In this document: positions 55,691-64,000 of the stretch, piece by piece | Numbering within the stretch: the first letter of the stretch is position 1 | Layout: each line of letters starts with the position of its first letter | Virus record (IMG/VR): IMGVR_UViG_3300014204_000113 | Coordinates: 1 to 64,000 of that record | Reading direction: 5' to 3' (one strand) | Length of the DNA stretch: 64,000 nucleotides | From: a virus | Taxonomy: Duplodnaviria; Caudoviricetes | Made by a program: the position numbers and the translations under genes | The notes under the pieces: model-generated | The model's input: the letters and a program-made list of their open reading frames with translations, nothing else | Databases searched by the model: none | What the model was told of the DNA's origin: nothing

Positions 55691-57066
55691 TGCTTTCATT
55701 AATAGTAGATTCAAGACTGCGCCTTCCTCTTGGTCAACTCTCACCAGGATTGTTGGAAAAAATAAAGAAAGAGTTTGAATTCAAAAATCCTCAATACTAT
55801 ATTAATAAGGCTCGAAACTATAGCAATTATAAAACTCCCGAGGTAATTAAAGCTCACAAACAAACAAAGAAGGAACTTACTTTACCTAGAGGAACAACTT
55901 CAAATGTCATATCTTTGTTGGAAGATGAAGGAATAGAATATCAAGTAATAAATAAAACAAGAATGTTGCCGAAAGTGGATTTTGAATTTCATGGCGAATT
56001 GAGAGAAACACAGATAGAGCCAGTTGAAGCTATTCTAAGTAGGAAGTTTTCAACTTTGTCTGCGCCTCCAGGATCAGGCAAGACGACAATTTCTTTATAT
56101 ACCGTTGCTAAGAGAAGCCAAAAAACACTTGTAATTGTTCACACAAAGGCGCTTCTTGTCCAATGGCAAGAAAGGATAGAACAATTTCTTGGAATAGATA
56201 GAAAAGATATTGGTACGATAGTAGAAGGAAAAATTAAATTAGGCGAAAAAATAACAGTAGGTATGGTTCAAACATTAACAAAATGCAGTCATAAAGTCAA
56301 ACCATATATAGGTTATATAATTTGTGATGAATGCCATCACCAACCTGCAAAATCCTTCTCTGATGTTGTTTCTGTTTTTGATTCAGCATATAGTGTTGGT
56401 TTAAGCGCAACTCATGTGCGTAGAGACAAACTTGAAAGACTTATAGCATGGTATCTTGGTCCAATAGTTTCTGTTGTGGGATTAAATGACCTTATCAAAC
56501 AAGGTAATGTTATGATGGTAGAACCTATAATAAGAGAGACAAATTTTCGTTCAAATCTGATGGAACCCAGTTGGTCAAATTTAATATCTGAGTTGATTTT
56601 AGATGAAGAAAGAAATTTATTGATAGCAAATGATGTAGTTAAAGAATCTAAAAAGGGACCATGTGTGGTCTTATCAGATAGGAAAGCACATTGTGAAATT
56701 TTGACTAGTTTGATTGATAGTTTTGGAATTGATGTTGAAATGGTTACTGGCGATGTCAAAGGAGAAGACAGAGATAATATTTTAAAGAAATTGAAGGAAA
56801 AGAAAATAGACGTAATAGTTGCAACCGGACAACTGCTTGGAGAGGGTTTTGATGAAAAGTCTTTGACTGCATTATTTCTGACAACACCAATCTCTTGGGC
56901 TGGAAGGTTAACACAATATCTAGGAAGAATTTCTCGAATATGTGATGGAAAAACACGAAGCGTGGCATACGACTATAAGGACACCTTTTGTGATTATCTA
57001 ATGAAGGCTTTCGAAGAAAGAATGCGCACTTATCGTAAATTAAAAAAACAAAGTTTAAAGAAATAA
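55687..57066 (+). CDS. superfamily 2 DExH helicase (UvsW/XPB-like)
   Basis: APPGSGKT, DECHH, GLSAT, EGFD, QYLGRISR. Confidence 0.93.
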   Translation: MMLSLIVDSRLRLPLGQLSPGLLEKIKKEFEFKNPQYYINKARNYSNYKTPEVIKAHKQTKKELTLPRGTTSNVISLLEDEGIEYQVINKTRMLPKVDFEFHGELRETQIEPVEAILSRKFSTLSAPPGSGKTTISLYTVAKRSQKTLVIVHTKALLVQWQERIEQFLGIDRKDIGTIVEGKIKLGEKITVGMVQTLTKCSHKVKPYIGYIICDECHHQPAKSFSDVVSVFDSAYSVGLSATHVRRDKLERLIAWYLGPIVSVVGLNDLIKQGNVMMVEPIIRETNFRSNLMEPSWSNLISELILDEERNLLIANDVVKESKKGPCVVLSDRKAHCEILTSLIDSFGIDVEMVTGDVKGEDRDNILKKLKEKKIDVIVATGQLLGEGFDEKSLTALFLTTPISWAGRLTQYLGRISRICDGKTRSVAYDYKDTFCDYLMKAFEERMRTYRKLKKQSLKK

Positions 57067-57070
57067 ATAT

Positions 57071-58606
57071 ATGACTGAAAAATCTCAATTTTCCAGAAAA
57101 CGCCTCGACTTTTCGATAGAGGGAAGGATATTAACTTCTCTCATTATGTCTGATAAGTTTATTCAGAACGTTGCTCTGATGCTGAAAATTGAATATTTTA
57201 CCAATGCTTTCTCTCGTACTATTGCTATTTGGTGTCTTGATTACTATAAGATTTATGGAAAGTCTATTAAAAAAGATATTCAAAATGTTTACGAATCAAA
57301 TAGACGTTCTGGTCAGATAAGAGAAGATGCAGATTTGATAGCCTCGTTTTTGCAAGGACTTTCCACTAAATTTGAAGAAGAATTGGAAGAAAGTGAAACA
57401 TATAATTTAGAATATCACTTGGATCAGGCAGAAGCATATTTTAAAGAGAGAGCATTAACTTTACTTTCTGACAATCTGCAACAAGCATTAACTAACGGAA
57501 GAATTTTAGAAGCGCATGAAGCAGTAGCTACATTCAGAGTGCCAGACAGGGTAATGGAAATAGGCTCTGAGCCATTTGATAACCCAGATTTAGTAAAGAA
57601 AGCATTAGAGAAGAAGAATGGTTTTTTTAAGATGCCAGGAGCACTTGGCAAAATGATGGGAGACTCAAAAAGAAGTACATTAGCTGCGATTGCAGCACCG
57701 ATGGGATTCGGCAAAACGAGTTATATGCTTGACTTCGCTTTACAAGCCTATTATAGCAGATTAAATGTAGCTTTCTTCTCTCTTGAAATGGCAGAAGATG
57801 AAGTGACAGAAAGGATGGCAAGAGCCATCACTGCATCACCTAGAAAATCAGGAAAATATTTATTTCCAGTTTGGGACTGTCTAAATAACCAATTGGGAAC
57901 TTGTAAAAAGAGAGGTTTTGAAAATCCTACCATAGCAAGAAGTATTCAAAAAGGCAGAAGCACTATAATTGAAAGAGACGACTTTCCAGTACATAATTAT
58001 CGACCATGTACTCAATGTGATAAATTCAAAGTTACTGCATGGTGGGAAGAAATTGATAAGAAAGGAATATCTACTAAAGAAGCAATTCAGAAATTTAAAG
58101 GTTTGAAAGAAACGTTTTCTTCCAGATTCAAATTGGTATCTTGGCCTATGTACTCAGCAGGATTACAGGAAATTATTTCTTGTCTAAGAATATGGGAAAA
58201 CATGGAAGGTTTTATACCAGATTTGATAGTAGTTGATTATGCAGATTTACTTAAACCAGAATCTAATCAGAAAGAAGAAAGGCATAATCTAGATAGAATT
58301 TGGAAAGGATTAAAAGCTCTGTCTCAATCTACCAAAACTTTGGTTTTGACAGGGACGCAGACCAGAAGAAGCACTCTAGAAAAAGGTGAGGTTGGACAAG
58401 CTGACATGGCAGAGGACATTAGAAAATTGGCTCATGTGGACGCTATGTGGGGCTTGAGCCAAACGCCTGATGAGAAAAGGTGGGGTTTGGCTAGGATAGG
58501 AATGCTGAAGCAGAGGCATGACGAATTCGATGTGGTTTCACAATGTTACATATTGCAACAGTTGAAATGTGGTCAGTTTTGCTTGGATTCAAAGCTCAAA
58601 AAATAA
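57071..58606 (+). CDS. dnaB: DnaB-like replicative helicase
   Basis: APMGFGKT, FSLEM, IVVDYADL, TQTRR, AEDIRK..D, LKQR. Confidence 0.88.
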   Translation: MTEKSQFSRKRLDFSIEGRILTSLIMSDKFIQNVALMLKIEYFTNAFSRTIAIWCLDYYKIYGKSIKKDIQNVYESNRRSGQIREDADLIASFLQGLSTKFEEELEESETYNLEYHLDQAEAYFKERALTLLSDNLQQALTNGRILEAHEAVATFRVPDRVMEIGSEPFDNPDLVKKALEKKNGFFKMPGALGKMMGDSKRSTLAAIAAPMGFGKTSYMLDFALQAYYSRLNVAFFSLEMAEDEVTERMARAITASPRKSGKYLFPVWDCLNNQLGTCKKRGFENPTIARSIQKGRSTIIERDDFPVHNYRPCTQCDKFKVTAWWEEIDKKGISTKEAIQKFKGLKETFSSRFKLVSWPMYSAGLQEIISCLRIWENMEGFIPDLIVVDYADLLKPESNQKEERHNLDRIWKGLKALSQSTKTLVLTGTQTRRSTLEKGEVGQADMAEDIRKLAHVDAMWGLSQTPDEKRWGLARIGMLKQRHDEFDVVSQCYILQQLKCGQFCLDSKLKK

Positions 58607-58657
58607 TTTCAAGAAAGTGAAAATAATTCTTGACAAGGGATTTTGATGGTCTATAAT
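58598..58657 (+). promoter_or_regulatory. sigma70 promoter cassette
   Basis: AAAATAATTTCAAGAAAGTGAAAATAATTCTTGACA..TATAAT. Confidence 0.75.
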
Positions 58658-59131
58658 ATAGGAAAATTAAGAAGGGGAGGGAAATTTTTGGATACAACTC
58701 ACGAAGAAGAATTAAAAATTCTAGGCAAAGAATTGATGGGTTGGACTCTTTTTGGGATTTCTCCTGCTGAATATACATTGACAATAAAAATGGACGAAGA
58801 TGAATTTGCAATTATGTCAGCCGCGGCAAATTCAGAAGGTAAATTTCTTCGAGGAAAAATTAAAGATATGGTGGATCAACATTTACGCGCTGTCCAAATG
58901 GTTTATAATATAAAGAAAGAAAATAAAAAATATGAATTAATCTATGAAAACATTGATAATCCAGATAAAAACTATACAGATATCGTGAGTAGCATCACGA
59001 TAGGCCAAATGGAAGAAGTTTTTGGAGATTTTGATAAAAAATCTAAAATTGGGGACAAAATAGAAAAACTTTATAATAGTATTTATTACAAAGTTGAATG
59101 TATTGGATTTTTTAATCGTCATGGATTATAA
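58643..59131 (+). CDS. hypothetical protein (start uncertain)
   Basis: long ORF after the promoter. Confidence 0.55.
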   Translation: MMVYNIGKLRRGGKFLDTTHEEELKILGKELMGWTLFGISPAEYTLTIKMDEDEFAIMSAAANSEGKFLRGKIKDMVDQHLRAVQMVYNIKKENKKYELIYENIDNPDKNYTDIVSSITIGQMEEVFGDFDKKSKIGDKIEKLYNSIYYKVECIGFFNRHGL

Positions 59132-59172
59132 TTAAATTGTTTAATAAATTCTAAATACAAGGAGGATAAATT

Positions 59173-59481
59173 ATGGAAGACCTTTTTGATTTTGTTTGTG
59201 AATTTGGGCTATTTTTTATTGGGGGATTTTTGTTTATTGCTCTTCTTCTCTTGCCGTTCAATTATTACTCGACTAAAAGCGAAATAGTCGAATTCAAATC
59301 AATTCAATCTACTTTGGAAAACGCTCGCGAAAATAAAAACGCCAGTCCTTATGAAATTGCTGCCATCCAACAAAAAGTTGTGGACGCCAACAAATGGTTG
59401 GCTAGCAATCAATATTGGAACGACACCGTTTTAGGTTGGTATATTCCTGACGAAGTTGACGATTTGAAACCGATAAAGTAA
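59173..59481 (+). CDS. membrane-anchored protein
   Basis: N-terminal TM segment; RBS. Confidence 0.75.
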   Translation: MEDLFDFVCEFGLFFIGGFLFIALLLLPFNYYSTKSEIVEFKSIQSTLENARENKNASPYEIAAIQQKVVDANKWLASNQYWNDTVLGWYIPDEVDDLKPIK

Positions 59482-59534
59482 TGATATATGAAAACCAAAG
59501 GTAAATATTTTTGGAAATATGATGGGAAATTAAA

Positions 59535-59720
59535 ATGAAACATAAAAAGGCAACTTGTCCTAATTGTGGCAGAACAGTTGATGTTGATGAAAATGGAGAA
59601 TTCTTATGTCATCGTAAAAAAATAATGGGAAAGAAAGTTGTTTGTAGTAATCATAGAAAGCTTAAATCAAAGAAAAGATTGTGGCCAGCTAAAGGTGGAT
59701 TAATTTTAATCGATAATTAA
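59535..59720 (+). CDS. small Zn-binding protein
   Basis: CPNC..H..C. Confidence 0.55.
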   Translation: MKHKKATCPNCGRTVDVDENGEFLCHRKKIMGKKVVCSNHRKLKSKKRLWPAKGGLILIDN

Positions 59721-59733
59721 GGAGGATATAACA

Positions 59734-60057
59734 ATGATTGGATCAACCAAAGAAAGTGTCACAACCATAATATCTTCTTGTCTTCATTGTGAATATCTTC
59801 ATCAAGGAAAATATATTTACCCATCACATCTTAAACCACCACTATTTTTTGAAAGTTTTTGTAGACATCCTGATATAATCAAACATTTTGGCAGTGGTCT
59901 TGGATTGCCAGATGGGAAAGCAGGAAAAACACTTGAAGAAATTAAGAATCCAGAAAGCACCATAACTCCAAGTTGGTGTCCTGTGAACAAACCAGTTAGC
60001 GAATGGCCAACAGTGATGAAAAGAATAAATAGAATAGAAAACGGTGATATAAAATGA
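59734..60057 (+). CDS. Cys-rich hypothetical protein
   Basis: CLHC..CRHP..TPSWCP. Confidence 0.65.
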   Translation: MIGSTKESVTTIISSCLHCEYLHQGKYIYPSHLKPPLFFESFCRHPDIIKHFGSGLGLPDGKAGKTLEEIKNPESTITPSWCPVNKPVSEWPTVMKRINRIENGDIK

Positions 60058-60254
60058 ACATTCTATGTAAAAGTTGTGGTGATCCCATCAACCATCTTTC
60101 TCTTTTGTTGAAAGGAGAAGAAGTTTTCGGCAATGGTTCCGCGACCAATGAAGGCGATTGCCTATCTTGCTATTTCATCAAGAATCCAATAGGAAGTGAG
60201 CCTGAGTGGTTCAAGGATTTGGAAAGATGGGGTTGTCTGGATTTTATGAACTGA
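60054..60254 (+). CDS. small Zn-finger protein
   Basis: CKSC..CLSC. Confidence 0.55.
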   Translation: MNILCKSCGDPINHLSLLLKGEEVFGNGSATNEGDCLSCYFIKNPIGSEPEWFKDLERWGCLDFMN

Positions 60255-60333
60255 AAAATTATTTTCAATTTTCCCAACTTTTCTCTTGCGCTATGGGTTT
60301 TGGCATTCTATAATATAGGTAATAAAAGATTTT

Positions 60334-60408
60334 GTGAGTGTAGCTCAGAGGTAGAGTGCAGGTTTTGGGAACCTGAAGTCAGGATTTCGAAATTCCCCAC
60401 TCGCACCA
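60334..60408 (+). tRNA. tRNA-Pro(UGG), atypical
   Basis: GTGAGTG/CACTCGC acceptor stem, CAGGT-TTTGGGA-ACCTG anticodon arm, CCA end; weak T stem; promoter TTGCGC-N17-TATAAT upstream. Confidence 0.85.
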
Positions 60409-60428
60409 ATTAAAAAGTTTAAATAAGT

Positions 60429-60551
60429 TTAGGCAAAAGAGATTCCTATAAATTATACAATCATAATGTTAATATCTCTCGCCTAATCAGTAAAAGTTTT
60501 GAGGCAAACAGGGTTCCTATAAAATTCATTGGCGAAATTACCCTCGGCCTC
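60429..60551 (+). ncRNA. two tandem structured RNA motifs
   Basis: two copies of stem-AAAN-stem-TCCTATAA bulge-stem with compensatory changes. Confidence 0.55.
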
Positions 60552-60578
60552 TAATAAAATGAAGGAGGACAAATTCAC

Positions 60579-62465
60579 ATGAAATCTACTTTAAAACTTT
60601 TCAGAGCAGTTCCCATCAAAGAAAAGAAAGATGGCATTCTCGACAAGAAGGTGCTGTCCAGAACTATTAAAAGTGGATTTGTCCTCTCTTCTGAAATCTT
60701 CGCCAATTATTCTGGAAAAGAATTAGATAGGCTTGTAGCTCAAATTGAAAAAGAAATCGGCCTTTCCGCAAAACAAGCAAACAGTTCCTTCCACAAATCT
60801 TGGAAAAAAGTCAAAGAAGCAAGCATTGAACAGTTAGTTTTGGAACAATTGGTTCATTATTTTACAACTTATGGAATGGAAAGATTAGGTTTGTATGATG
60901 AGAATTTCATTTACATTCCAACTGAAGAATTGAAAATTCCTAAAATCAACATTGATAAAGTTCCTTTGATTGTCATCAAAGGATATACCAAAGAAGAACT
61001 GCAACAAAAGTTGATGCAACTGCTGGGAACTGGAATTGCTCTAGGTGAAGATACCATTAAGGCGGTTTTGGATGTCATAACTTATGTTGGTTTCAATCCA
61101 GAAGATATTGATAATGTCAAGAATAAAGAAGTAAAAATTGCTTTGTATGATTATTTGAATATCGTTCCTGAAAATCCAGTTGAATTTTTGAGATATGTTG
61201 TTTATAGAGCCACCAATAAAACTTTGTTGATTAAAGACACAACCACCATTGATGCTATCAAAACAAGAAACAATCTTGATGTCTTGGGATTGTTTGTGAG
61301 ATATTCTCAAACTTATAAACTTGAAAACTTGGCAACCATCTTTTATAGATTCAAACCTATTTTTCTGGCATTCAGAACCAACAGGCAATTAAAAACAATC
61401 ATAAACAAAATCAGGAAATTAGCAAACATTTATCACAAACCAATGCTGGAAGATTATCTGAATGAAATAACCGCTAAAATCAAAAGAAACGAAAAAATTG
61501 ACGAAGAAAAACTAATTAAAGAATTATCTAAAGTCAATCCTTTCAGGAAAATTAGACTAGCCTACGCTTTGAATTATAGAATGGGTGATGTTGAATCTAT
61601 TTTATATAAAATAAGAAATGGGAAGGCATTTGCATCTGATTTCAATTTTGATAATTTTGGTGCAACTAATAATGTTTTGGTGACTGTTAAAGAATCTATT
61701 ATTAATGACTTGAAAAAGAATGTCAAAGGCAAGAAAATATACATTCCTGACAATATTGAATATGCTTTGCCAGCAACGGAAAAGCAATTTACTGGTCAAT
61801 TTCCATCCGGCACTTGCGTTAAACTACCTAAGAATATGGTCTTTGGCGTTTATTGGAAAAATGTTGATGGTAATAGAATCGACTTGGACTTATCTTTGAT
61901 TGATGTCAATAATAAATTTGGTTGGGACGGACATTATCGAAATGACAAAAGGAGTATTTTGTTTTCTGGCGATATGACTGATGCACATAATGGTGCTTCT
62001 GAACTGTTTTATATTCAAAAACAATCAGAAAGTCAGTTTCTTGTTTGTCTGAATTATTACAATTATGACACTGAAATTGAAGTACCAATCAAAATTTTTG
62101 TAGCTAATCAAGAAATAACTAAATTAAAACAAAATTATATGGTCAATCCTAACAATGTGGTTGCTACTGCTGAAACTAAAATAAATAAGAAACAAATAGT
62201 ATTGGGATTGGTGGTTATAAACAAATATGAAAGCAAATTTTACTTTTCTGAAACCAGTATAGGTAAGTCAATAACTGCAAACAATTTGCCTTATGTGGAA
62301 AATACTCGTAAATATCTTCGCGATTTTTATTCAAATACAATAAATTTGAAAGATTTGTTGATTGGCGCTGGCGCTGAATTTGTTGATGAAGAAAGTTGTG
62401 AAATCAATTTATCACCACAAAAACTTGAGAAAGATACTGTTATAAATTTATTAAAGGTCAACTAA
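60579..62465 (+). CDS. large protein with C-terminal TerD-like domain
   Basis: FGVYW..RIDLDLS..GWDG..LFSGDMTDA..GASELFY..LNYYN. Confidence 0.7.
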   Translation: MKSTLKLFRAVPIKEKKDGILDKKVLSRTIKSGFVLSSEIFANYSGKELDRLVAQIEKEIGLSAKQANSSFHKSWKKVKEASIEQLVLEQLVHYFTTYGMERLGLYDENFIYIPTEELKIPKINIDKVPLIVIKGYTKEELQQKLMQLLGTGIALGEDTIKAVLDVITYVGFNPEDIDNVKNKEVKIALYDYLNIVPENPVEFLRYVVYRATNKTLLIKDTTTIDAIKTRNNLDVLGLFVRYSQTYKLENLATIFYRFKPIFLAFRTNRQLKTIINKIRKLANIYHKPMLEDYLNEITAKIKRNEKIDEEKLIKELSKVNPFRKIRLAYALNYRMGDVESILYKIRNGKAFASDFNFDNFGATNNVLVTVKESIINDLKKNVKGKKIYIPDNIEYALPATEKQFTGQFPSGTCVKLPKNMVFGVYWKNVDGNRIDLDLSLIDVNNKFGWDGHYRNDKRSILFSGDMTDAHNGASELFYIQKQSESQFLVCLNYYNYDTEIEVPIKIFVANQEITKLKQNYMVNPNNVVATAETKINKKQIVLGLVVINKYESKFYFSETSIGKSITANNLPYVENTRKYLRDFYSNTINLKDLLIGAGAEFVDEESCEINLSPQKLEKDTVINLLKVN

Positions 62466-62779
62466 TATGGGTTTCTTTGGTTTTCTTAAAAACAAATGTG
62501 ATATTTGTGGTAAAAAGGGGAATCTTAAAAAAAAAGATTTAAAAGATTTAAATGTAACATTTATGTAAATGAATATTATGCCTATCACCTAGAATGCTTG
62601 AAGGATGTAATTAAGAATCCAGAAAAATACACTAATTTAAAAGTAGACAAGGCTATTGAAATTACAGACATTCTTGAAGAAATGCAGAAAAAAGAAGAAA
62701 ACGAAAAACAAGAAAGGCAGGAAAAACTCGATAAAGTTAGAAATAAAATTTGTTCTTTGTTAAATAATTAAACCATTTT

Positions 62780-63133
62780 GCAAGCAGGTGGGTGGGGTGC
62801 AGCCTGAGAAAGAAATAAGGAGTCGTTAAGCGTCTTTGAAGTTCTTTCTAAATAGTGCCTCTTATGTGTCTGGTGCCGCGTGTCGGCTCGATATGGATAA
62901 TCCCAGCCGGACATGACCACAGAGAAGACGTTCTCTGTTTGTAACCCCAGGTCTCACCTGCCTGTCTGAATAAGAGAAGGGTGGCCCTGATGTGGGCGTC
63001 CTGCCTCTGGACAAAATCAGAGGTAACTTGGCAGGGGCAAGTGACAGCACCGGCTAAAACTGCGATTGAGCCATGGTAATTAATCGTGGGGTTGGCAGGG
63101 CCTCAAAAGAAGTCCGAAGCGGCTTGTCTTTGC
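62780..63133 (+). ncRNA. candidate large structured ncRNA
   Basis: GC-rich intergenic island with multiple long-range helices; strand assumed from context. Confidence 0.5.
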
Positions 63134-63309
63134 TAAGTTTATATTTTTTATAGAAGGAGGAATATGATAATGAAAGTAGTTAATATATCTAATGAATTAC
63201 AAAATTTGAGTTTTTCTAATTTGAAATTATCTATCAAATTATTAAAGATTATTGCTCTGAAAAGAGGATATACATTTATTATGCCAAGTCAAAAATAGAG
63301 AATTAAATA

Positions 63310-63822
63310 ATGACCAATCTTATTTCTAGACAAGACCTTAAAAAAGCAATCAAAGAAGTAAATGAGAAGTTCAAAATTAAACAAAGTCTTGCTGTTTCAA
63401 CAGAAGACTTGTCCAGTTTTTTACGTTCTGTTTATATTAAACACAAAGAAGCGATGCCTAAATTTGCAAGACAAGTGGCAGAATTGATACCGGAAGAAGA
63501 AACTTGTCCTGAATTTGGTTATGGATATAATCCTAAAGAATGCCAAGGATGTGATGAAGGACAAGAGTGTAGGAGATTGTCAGACCTTGCAGCAAAAGGT
63601 GATTACGACCCAGTTAAAAGATTCGTGGACAAATATGGGAATGTCCAACCTGTAAATGTCATGTTTGATATTCTTTGTAGAGAACCAGATATAGATAAGA
63701 ATGAATTTGAAAAAAGAGTGAAGGAGACTGGAATAGATTATAGTTATCATGGTTTTGATTTGGCATGGAGAATGACGCAAAAAGTTGTTGCAGGATTGAG
63801 AAGGCATAAATGGATGAAATAA
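63310..63822 (+). CDS. hypothetical protein with Cys cluster
   Basis: CPEFG..ECQGC..C. Confidence 0.7.
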   Translation: MTNLISRQDLKKAIKEVNEKFKIKQSLAVSTEDLSSFLRSVYIKHKEAMPKFARQVAELIPEEETCPEFGYGYNPKECQGCDEGQECRRLSDLAAKGDYDPVKRFVDKYGNVQPVNVMFDILCREPDIDKNEFEKRVKETGIDYSYHGFDLAWRMTQKVVAGLRRHKWMK

Positions 63823-64000
63823 TGGAAGAATTAATAATCACACAAAAATATCTTCAAGACAATCCAGACCATATCTTTGTTTTTGGGGATAATCTTTTAA
63901 GGAAAGGAAAGGCTGGGGCGGCAAAACTGAGAGACCTTCCTAATTCTTATGGATTCATTACAAAGAAATATCCAAACAATGACATTAAAAGTTTTTACAA
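63822..64000 (+). CDS. conserved phage protein (FVFGDN family), truncated by the window edge
   Basis: NPDHIFVFGDNLLRKGKAGAA..GFITKK. Confidence 0.65.
   Translation, partial: MEELIITQKYLQDNPDHIFVFGDNLLRKGKAGAAKLRDLPNSYGFITKKYPNNDIKSFY

Noticed and set aside
62467-62771. Programmed frameshift at the A9 run near 62527 (also the A5 run near 48441)
   Set aside because: Cannot be distinguished from homopolymer sequencing error or gene decay without reads
62862-63050. Minus-strand 62-aa ORF
   Set aside because: No RBS, opposite to all neighbours; better explained as a by-product of the GC-rich structured RNA
1-64000. Alternative genetic code (stop-codon reassignment, as in some large phages)
   Set aside because: Long conserved genes are uninterrupted under code 11, and TAA, TGA and TAG all terminate genes at sensible positions

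Overview
This window looks like 64 kb of a large AT-rich dsDNA bacteriophage using the standard genetic code; no structural genes are present. A PxxKW-family gene suggests a Desulfobacterota-like host. Layout: (1) a repeat-rich non-coding block (~2.9-5.9 kb) that may be a genome terminus; (2) a long run of small early-type genes with sigma70 promoters; (3) three stand-alone, catalytically intact tnpB genes on the minus strand, with no tnpA in the window; (4) a complete ubiquitin-like conjugation locus (E1/ThiF, JAB, a GG-Ala Ubl, two GG-less Ubl domains, five E2-like paralogues); (5) an anti-defence/repair block (Pnkp-type ligase domain, tRNA-Arg, NMNAT, radical SAM, NAMPT); (6) replication genes (primase, ParB-MT-A70 methyltransferase, SF2 helicase, DnaB-like helicase); (7) tRNA-Pro and several candidate structured RNAs. 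Main observation: for two of the three TnpBs, the predicted omegaRNA guide encodes essentially the same peptide as a stretch of the gene on the other side of the tnpB (KLENNT vs KLENHT; FCWHGES vs FCWHGES), but the resident copy is heavily recoded, almost entirely by synonymous changes. This suggests RNA-guided free-standing homing or allele-exclusion nucleases aimed at related phages, with an immune self allele. All three tnpB promoters carry a palindromic operator also found at non-TnpB phage promoters. All calls were made by eye from motifs; no database searches were run.
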